This document shows, in pieces, positions 57,737 through 64,000 of a stretch of DNA of 64,000 bases. Position 1 is the first letter of the stretch. Each line of letters begins with the position of its first letter. The notes beneath the pieces are model-generated. The model made no database searches. It was not told the DNA's origin and worked only from the letters and a program-made list of their open reading frames with translations. This stretch comes from an uncultured delta proteobacterium (GTDB taxonomy: Bacteria; Myxococcota; Kuafuiibacteriia; Kuafuiibacteriales; Kuafuiibacteriaceae). The position numbers and the translations under genes were made by a program. Location of the stretch: positions 864,001-928,000 of the forward strand of contig CAWDML010000003.1 of the NCBI GenBank assembly GCA_963803435.1, in the 5' to 3' direction.

Positions 57737-58993
57737 TCAGAGATCCTTCGCCAGCCGAACGCCCTGGAAGCACCAGCGCTGATCCGGGTAGAAGAAGTTC
57801 CGATACGTGGCGCGCGTGTGGTCGCGCGGCGTCACGCAGGATCCGCCTCGCAGGACCAGCTGGCTCACCATGAACTTCCCGTTGTACTCGCCGAGGGCGC
57901 CCGCCAGCGGCCGGTAACCGGGATAGGGCGCGTATGCGCTCTGGGTCAGCTCCCAGACGTCCCCGAACAGCGCGGTCGGTCCGTTGTCTCGGGGCGCGGC
58001 TCGGGGATGGAGCGCGTCGTCCTCCAGGTGGTTGCCGGGCGAGGCCGGGGGATGCGCGACCGCGGCCACCTCCCACTCGTGCTCGGTCGGCAGGCGGGCC
58101 CCGGCCCAGCGCGCGTAGGCGTCGGCCTCGAAGTAGCTCACGTGCACGGCCGGTCGCTCCGGATCCAGCGGCCGAAGTCCGCCGAGCGTGACCTCGTACC
58201 GCTCGCCGTCGATCGTGCGCCAGTACTCGGGTGCCTCGAGCCCGCGCGATCGCACGGTGTGAAAGCCGTCGGAGAGCCAGAGCTCGGGGCGGCGATAGCC
58301 GTCGTCCTCGATGAACGCGAGGAGCTCGCGGTTGGTGACCGTGCGATTCGCGATCGCGAACGGCTCGAGATGGACCCGGTGTCGCGGGGTCTCGTTGTCG
58401 AAGGCGAAGCCGTCGCCGTCGTGTCCGATCTCGACCAGGCCCCCCTCGTGCTCGACGAACGCGAGCGCGGGTGCGCGGCCCTCGGCCCACACCAGGTCCT
58501 CGCGGTAGGTCGGGTAGATCGGATTGCGCGAGAAGGCGTGCTTGATGTCCATCAGGATCAACTCTTGATGCTGCTGCTCGTGGTGGAGCCCGAGCGTGGT
58601 GCGCGCCTCGAGGGCTTCGTATTGCGCGCCGTCGATCGCGTCGATCAGCTCGAGCATTCGGGCGTCGACGACGCGCCGGTACTCCAGCACCTCGGCCAGC
58701 GGCGGCCGTGACACCTGACCGCGTTCGGGGCGCGGGTGTCGTTCGCCGACGCCTTCGTAATAAGAGTTGAAGAGCACCCGGTAGTGCTCGCGGAACGGGC
58801 GGTACGACGCCGCGCATTGCTCGAGGATGAACACCTCGAAGAACCAGGTCGTGTGCGCGACGTGCCACTTCGCGGGGCTCACGAAGTCCGCGGTCTGGAG
58901 CATCGCGTCCTCGGGCGTCAGCGGCGCGATCAGCCGTTCGGTGGTCGTGCGGATGCGGTGATAGCGTTCCTGGAGGTCTCGACGGTCGATCAT
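57737..58993 (-). CDS. egtB: Ergothioneine sulfoxide synthase
   Basis: SPAKWHVAHTTWFFE, HHEQQHQE iron His set, FGE-like domain, GEYNGKFM, TYRNFF. Confidence 0.92.
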   Translation of the reverse strand: MIDRRDLQERYHRIRTTTERLIAPLTPEDAMLQTADFVSPAKWHVAHTTWFFEVFILEQCAASYRPFREHYRVLFNSYYEGVGERHPRPERGQVSRPPLAEVLEYRRVVDARMLELIDAIDGAQYEALEARTTLGLHHEQQHQELILMDIKHAFSRNPIYPTYREDLVWAEGRAPALAFVEHEGGLVEIGHDGDGFAFDNETPRHRVHLEPFAIANRTVTNRELLAFIEDDGYRRPELWLSDGFHTVRSRGLEAPEYWRTIDGERYEVTLGGLRPLDPERPAVHVSYFEADAYARWAGARLPTEHEWEVAAVAHPPASPGNHLEDDALHPRAAPRDNGPTALFGDVWELTQSAYAPYPGYRPLAGALGEYNGKFMVSQLVLRGGSCVTPRDHTRATYRNFFYPDQRWCFQGVRLAKDL

Positions 58994-59008
58994 CCAAGCT
59001 CCTCGGGC

Positions 59009-60178
59009 TCAGACCGAGACGTCGTGACTCATCAACCAGTGCACGATGTCCCAGCGGTGGACGAAGCCTAGCACGCGGCCGCGCTCGACGACGGGGAGTT
59101 GCTCGATCCGGCGCCGGAGCAGCAGCTGGAGCGCGAGATCGGCGTCGTCGGAGGCGCTGAGCAGCGGCAGCCCGTCGAGCGGGACCATGATCTGACCGAC
59201 CGGCGTTCGCGCCCACTCGTCCTGAGGGACGTTCGCCACGTCCTCGAGCCGGACGAAGCCCAAGAGGTTGCCGTTGTCGACCACCGGCAAGGTACGCTTG
59301 TCGGGAAGGATCAGGACGTTCTCGAGGAAGCTCGAGATGGACATCGCGCGCGAGACGGTGGCCGGCTCGTCGTGCATCAGCTCCGAGACCGAGACATGGC
59401 TGAGCGTATCGCGCACGAGCTCCTCCGAGTAGCTGACCGTGGCGGCGTGATTCAAGAGCCATCCGCCTCCGAGCATCCACAGCCCGTAGAAGCGGCTGTC
59501 GCCGACGATCGGCGGCTCGAGCCCGAGCGCGATCGCGATGCCGAACGCCATCAGGACCCACGCGATGATCTGACCGACGGCCGCCGCCCAACGGGTCGCA
59601 TGCCGGGGATCGTGCCCGAGCGCCCAGAGCAGGGCGCGGAGCGCCCGCCCGGCGTCGAGTGGAAAGGCGGGGATGAGCTGGACCAACGCCAGCAGCGCGT
59701 TGATCCCGCCGACCCAGGCGGCCAGGACCGAGACCGGGGTGGCCTCGGAGCCCGCAGCGGCGACTCCGTGGACCGCGTCGAGGAAGCAGGCGGCGATCAC
59801 GACGTGGATGACCGGGCCGATCCCTGCCGCGACCATCTCGATCGACGGCGCTTGCGGCCGGGCGCAGAACTGCACGCTGCTGGTGAAGGGAAAGAGCCGG
59901 ATGCGATCGAGCTGCAGCCCGAACAACCGGCCGGCGGCCGCACGCGCCAGCTCGTGTAGGAGGACGGAGGCGAAGAACGCCGCAGTGGCGAGCAGCGAGG
60001 CGGCCCACGCGGTCGCGGCGGTCCAGCCCGGGAACCGCTGCGGCACGACCTGATAGCGGAGGCCGACCAGGATCGCGACCAGCACGACCGGCACGGTCCA
60101 GTCGAACGACAGCTCCGCGCCGCTCTCACGCGAGACCGCGATCCTGCGCGCTTCCGCGGACCCTGGGCCGATCCCCAT
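59009..60178 (-). CDS. Site-2 protease (M50) + CBS pair, catalytic motifs degenerate
   Basis: FFASVLLHELAR, 'AGIGP', QLIPAFPLDAGR, tandem CBS domains. Confidence 0.85.
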   Translation of the reverse strand: MGIGPGSAEARRIAVSRESGAELSFDWTVPVVLVAILVGLRYQVVPQRFPGWTAATAWAASLLATAAFFASVLLHELARAAAGRLFGLQLDRIRLFPFTSSVQFCARPQAPSIEMVAAGIGPVIHVVIAACFLDAVHGVAAAGSEATPVSVLAAWVGGINALLALVQLIPAFPLDAGRALRALLWALGHDPRHATRWAAAVGQIIAWVLMAFGIAIALGLEPPIVGDSRFYGLWMLGGGWLLNHAATVSYSEELVRDTLSHVSVSELMHDEPATVSRAMSISSFLENVLILPDKRTLPVVDNGNLLGFVRLEDVANVPQDEWARTPVGQIMVPLDGLPLLSASDDADLALQLLLRRRIEQLPVVERGRVLGFVHRWDIVHWLMSHDVSV

Positions 60179-60257
60179 GGGGCGATCGAAAGCAGGAATC
60201 GTTCCGTCATGGGCGCGGCGGATGCGCGCTGCGCGGACGCTGCACCGCCCGGGCGGG

Positions 60258-61082
60258 TCAGCCCCCCGGATGGTCGCGCTCGGCGACCGCGGCCTTGAAT
60301 CCGATCGCCTCGCACCGCGCCTTGAACGCGACGCCCTCCGGCGTGTGGCGGGCCATCCCATCGAACAAGGTCGCGATCATCTGGGTGCTGGCCAGCCCCA
60401 TGTTCTCGAACGCCTGATTGATCATCAGCTTCTGCATCATGAGCTGGTTCTTCGGGATCGACGCGATCCGATCGGCGAGCTCCCAGGTGCGGGCCTCGAG
60501 CCGGCCCTCGGGAACCGCGTCGGTGACGAGGCCGATCGCTTTCGCCTCGCGACCATCGATCAGGTCGCCCGTGAGCAGCATCCGCTTCGCGCGCTCCGCC
60601 CCGATTCGATAGACCCACATGGCCGTGGTTGGGCATCCCCACACGCGCGCCGGCGGATAGCCGATGCGCGCCTCCTCCGCCATCACCACCAAATCGCACG
60701 AGAGCGCGATGTCGCTCCCGCCCGCCACCGCGAAGCCGTGCACCATGCAGATCGTCGGCTTATAGCTCCGCCACAAGCTGGAGAAGTCGTCGGTGTTCCG
60801 CTTCATCATCTTGTAGTCGAGCGTCGGATCCCACGGCATGGCCTGCGACCCCGCGTTGGGGCCCGGCCGCTCGGCCCAGATCTTGAGATCGTATCCCGAG
60901 CAGAACGCGCGCCCCGCACCGCCGAGCACGATCGCGTGAACGCTGTCGTCCTCGTTCGCCTGCTCGACGCGCTCCCGCAGCTGTCGAGGCAGATGCATGT
61001 CGATCGCGTTCAGCGACTCGGGACGGTTGAGCGTGAGGCGGGCGATACGCCCCTGTTTTTCGTAGAGGACCGGATCGGACAT
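60258..61082 (-). CDS. Crotonase/enoyl-CoA hydratase family protein
   Basis: LNRPESLNA, FCSGYDL, HGFAVAGG, IGYPPARVWG. Confidence 0.93.
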   Translation of the reverse strand: MSDPVLYEKQGRIARLTLNRPESLNAIDMHLPRQLRERVEQANEDDSVHAIVLGGAGRAFCSGYDLKIWAERPGPNAGSQAMPWDPTLDYKMMKRNTDDFSSLWRSYKPTICMVHGFAVAGGSDIALSCDLVVMAEEARIGYPPARVWGCPTTAMWVYRIGAERAKRMLLTGDLIDGREAKAIGLVTDAVPEGRLEARTWELADRIASIPKNQLMMQKLMINQAFENMGLASTQMIATLFDGMARHTPEGVAFKARCEAIGFKAAVAERDHPGG

Positions 61083-61166
61083 GGCCCGCCTTAACGATTC
61101 GAGCGGCACGAGTCGAGCGTCGCCCGTGCGATGGCGCCGTCGCTCGCGGTGGGCGATAGTCGCACC

Positions 61167-61709
61167 GTGAGCTCGACACCTGCGATCCGGAGCGTCCGAG
61201 CGGACGACACCGAGGCGATGCGTTCGATCTATGCGCCCTTCGTCGAGTCTTCCGGGGTCAGCTTCGAGGAGGCCGTCCCGGACGAGACCACGTTCCGCGC
61301 TCGGGTCGAGTCGGGCGCCCGTACGCATCCGTGGCTGGTCGCAGAGCTCGACGGACGCCTGGCCGGCTACGCCTACGCTTCGGTGCATCGCGCTCGCGCC
61401 GCCTACCGATGGTCGGCGGAGGTCTCGGTCTACGTCGCGGAGGGCTTTCGGCGTGCCGGGCTCGGACGCGCGCTCTATCTGGAGCTGTTCGAGCGGTTGC
61501 GAGCGCTCGGCTACCTCAACGCGTTCGCCGGCATCACGCTTCCCAATCCGGCCAGCGTCCGCCTCCACGAGTCCCTGGGGTTCGAGCCGGTCGGCGTCTT
61601 TCGTCGCATTGGGTTCAAGCACGGACGCTGGCACGACGTGGGCTGGTATGCCCTCCGACTCGGCGAGGACGACCACCCTTCCGAGCCGAGGTCGCCCGCC
61701 CTCGATTGA
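61167..61709 (+). CDS. GNAT N-acetyltransferase (phosphinothricin/YncA-like)
   Basis: SFEE, GYAYA, SVYV, RRAGLG, N.AS..LHE.LGF, K.GRW.DV. Confidence 0.9.
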   Translation: MSSTPAIRSVRADDTEAMRSIYAPFVESSGVSFEEAVPDETTFRARVESGARTHPWLVAELDGRLAGYAYASVHRARAAYRWSAEVSVYVAEGFRRAGLGRALYLELFERLRALGYLNAFAGITLPNPASVRLHESLGFEPVGVFRRIGFKHGRWHDVGWYALRLGEDDHPSEPRSPALD

Positions 61710-61762
61710 ACGAGGTCGGTCCATTTCCTCTCCGCCCGAGTTGGCCGTTAAGATCGGGGCCC

Positions 61763-63575
61763 GTGGCCGTCTTGGTGGAGTCGCAGGTCGGGTGCGCCGC
61801 GGACCTCGAGGCGCTGTTCGACGTCGTCGGCGATACGGATCGCCTGAACCGCGAGTCGGGGCTGCCCGAGATCGAGTTTCGCGGCGGTGACCACGGGAGC
61901 AGCCGCAAGATCGTCAAGAGCGCCCTCGGACCGCTCGTCCTCGAGTATGCCGAGCACCCGTGGGAGTGGGAGCGGCCCGAGCGGATCCACGTCCGTCGCG
62001 AGTATCTGAACGGCCCGCTGACGACGCTCGACGTCGACTTCCGCTTCGCGAGGCGCGGCCCAGCGAGCGAGGTTGCGATCCAGCTGAAGGCTGAGCCTCG
62101 CCCGCTGATGGGGCCCGTGCTCCGGCTGGTCCTCCGCACCATCGCCGGCAAGCTGAGCCGTGCGATCGCGCGGATCGATCGCGAGCTCGCCGGCCGCGAC
62201 CCGCCGCTCAAGCAGATCGAGGTGAATCCGCGGGAGCTGGCGCGCGCCGAGCGAGAGCTGGTGGCGCTGGTCCCGCCGATGGACCGGGAGCTCGCGGTCC
62301 GATTGGCCAGGCACATCGGCGACGCCGCCGACCAGGAGGTGATCCGGATCCGACCCTTCGAGCTGGCGGAGCGCTGGGGCGTCGAGCGACGGCGGGCGCT
62401 CTCGGTCGCGCTCTCGGGCGTGGTGGCCGGCCTGCTCGAGCTCAACTGGGATTCTGGTCTGTCCCAGCTGCCGCGTGGCGGCGACGCGGGTCCCGTCGCT
62501 GTCGGACGTCGAGGCGCACGGCCACTGCACGCTCTGTGACCTCGGCTTCGGCGTCTCGCTCGATCGCGGCGTGGAGGCCACGTTCCTGCCGTCGGCCGCG
62601 ATACGGCGCGTGCGGGAGCGCCAGTTCTGTACGGGCGGTCCGGCGTGGACCCCGCACGTGCTCGCGCAAGCCAACCTGCGGCCCGGCGAGCGCGTGGAGC
62701 TGCGCGCCCCCGAGCGGGAGGCCCGCTACCGATTGTTCGTCCGCGGTGGCGCCACCATCCCGATCGCGCTCGGCTCCGAGCACCCGGAGGAGGCGGCCCT
62801 CCGCGTCGGCGAGAAGGTGGAGCCGGAGGTGATCGCGGTGCGGCCGGGCGGACGCATCTGTCTGACCGGTGCGGTGGGCGCCGAGGGCCGACACGTGAAG
62901 CTGGAGCGGATGGACTGGTCGAGCTACGCGGCCACCACCTACGAGGTCGCGATGCTCCCGGCCTTCCGGCGGCGGTTCTCCGAGCAGCTCCTCCGGCCCG
63001 GCCTGGCGCTCAAGGTCGCGCGCGCCTCTCTCCTGTTCTCCGATCTCTCCGCGTCGACGGCGCTGTACACCCGCGAGGGTGACGCGGCCGCCTTCGGTCT
63101 GGTCCAGGATCACTTCGATCTGCTGCGGGAGCACATCGAAGAGAACGGCGGTGTGATCGTGAAGACGATCGGCGATGCCGTGATGGCCGCATTCGTCGAC
63201 GAGCCGGGCGCCATCCGGGCCGCGGTCGCCATGCAGAAGGCCTTCCCGGCGTTCCGCGAGGTGCACGCCGGATCGCTGGGCGTGTACCTCAAGATCGGGG
63301 TCTACGCCGGTCCCTGCTACGCGGTCACCGCGAACGGCGTGCTCGACTACTTCGGCCAGACCGTCAACGTGGCCGCGCGCCTCCAGGGGCAGGCGCGCGA
63401 CGCCGAGATCGTGATGACGGCGGAGAGCGCCGACCGAGCCGTGCAAGAAGGCCTGCTGAAAGACGTCCGGATCGATCCGCCCTTCCTCGCCAAGCTCAAG
63501 GGTGTGGATCCCGACATCAGCGCCGTGCGCGTGCACGTCGAAGGTGCTGGCGGTCCTCAACCTGGTCCTGCATGA
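61763..63575 (+). CDS. Class III adenylate cyclase with SRPBCC-like and CxxC (DUF5939-like) domains; frameshift near 62452
   Basis: LFSDLSAST, VKTIGDAVM, DYFGQTVNVAARL; removing one T in gattctg restores 'LNWDLVCPSCRV'. Confidence 0.88.
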
Positions 63576-63585
63576 TGCGCCGCCG

Positions 63586-64000
63586 ATGAAGGGGCAGCGG
63601 GCGGCCGAGAAGGAGATCAAACTGCACGGGCGGGCCGCCTGCCGGGCCGCGTTCGAGGCGCGCCCCGACGACATGATCCGGGTGTACCTGCTCGAGGACC
63701 TGAAGCTGGAGTTCAAGGAGCTGCTCGCACGCTGCCGTGCGAAGCGTCTCGCCTACCACTTCGTCGGGGAGGACGAGCTCGAGAAGGTGAGCGGCGTCGA
63801 GCATCACGAGGGGATCTGCGTGCTCGCCCGGACCCGCCGGCAACCGTCGCTCGACCAGATCGCATCCCGCCGGGGCGCCACCACGCTGCTGTTGATCGAC
63901 GGCGTCTCGAACCCGCACAACCTCGGCGCCATCCTGCGGACCGCGGCCCACTTCGGTACCGTGGCGGTGATCGGTGAGAACGTCCGCCTCACCGGCGCCG
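63586..64000 (+). CDS. TrmH/SpoU-family RNA methyltransferase (runs off the window edge)
   Basis: Own translation MKGQRAAEKEIKLHG...HHEGIC...IDGVSNPHNLGAILRTAAHFG. Confidence 0.9.
   Translation, partial: MKGQRAAEKEIKLHGRAACRAAFEARPDDMIRVYLLEDLKLEFKELLARCRAKRLAYHFVGEDELEKVSGVEHHEGICVLARTRRQPSLDQIASRRGATTLLLIDGVSNPHNLGAILRTAAHFGTVAVIGENVRLTGA

Noticed and set aside
57737-58993. Selenoneine synthase SenA
   Set aside because: No senB glycosyltransferase or selD/senC nearby; motifs fit EgtB
3233-63716. Many long overlapping ORFs (e.g. 3233..5326-, 3577..5646+, 14608..17481+, 28504..31059-, 43675..46425+)
   Set aside because: Antisense or shifted shadows of real genes, expected at about 70% GC; Arg/Pro/Ala-rich with no motifs

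Overview
High-GC (about 70%) bacterial chromosomal segment. The gene styles (PEGA, delta-60 and Cys-rich lipoproteins, ECF/TPR anti-sigma cluster, sigma54 promoters) suggest Myxococcota or a related deltaproteobacterium; this is inference. About 50 CDS and no rRNA, tRNA, CRISPR array, integrase or transposase were seen. Housekeeping and metabolic genes include sucA-sucB, transaldolase, prlC, tatD, yggT, mmsA, a cysteine desulfurase, egtB and a deoxynucleoside kinase. Accessory loci include a two-subunit RND system with divergent TolC, an ECF sigma cluster facing a GH5 endoglucanase, and several secreted hydrolases. Most notable observations: (1) SucA carries an apparently intact cyclic-nucleotide-binding domain inserted after its N-terminal segment; (2) three sigma54-type -24/-12 promoters in the first 5 kb precede a nucleotidyltransferase-BON-metallophosphoesterase operon and a two-gene unit ending in a polyQ protein with a T3SS-needle-like C-terminus; (3) a matching 30-bp promoter-like motif lies before both the ECF sigma gene and the GH5 gene; (4) two related long palindromic intergenic elements, one enclosing what looks like a deleted four-helix-bundle gene; (5) a site-2 protease with broken catalytic motifs. 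Five genes carry single-base frameshifts, most likely long-read assembly errors. All calls come from motif reading only; no database searches were run.
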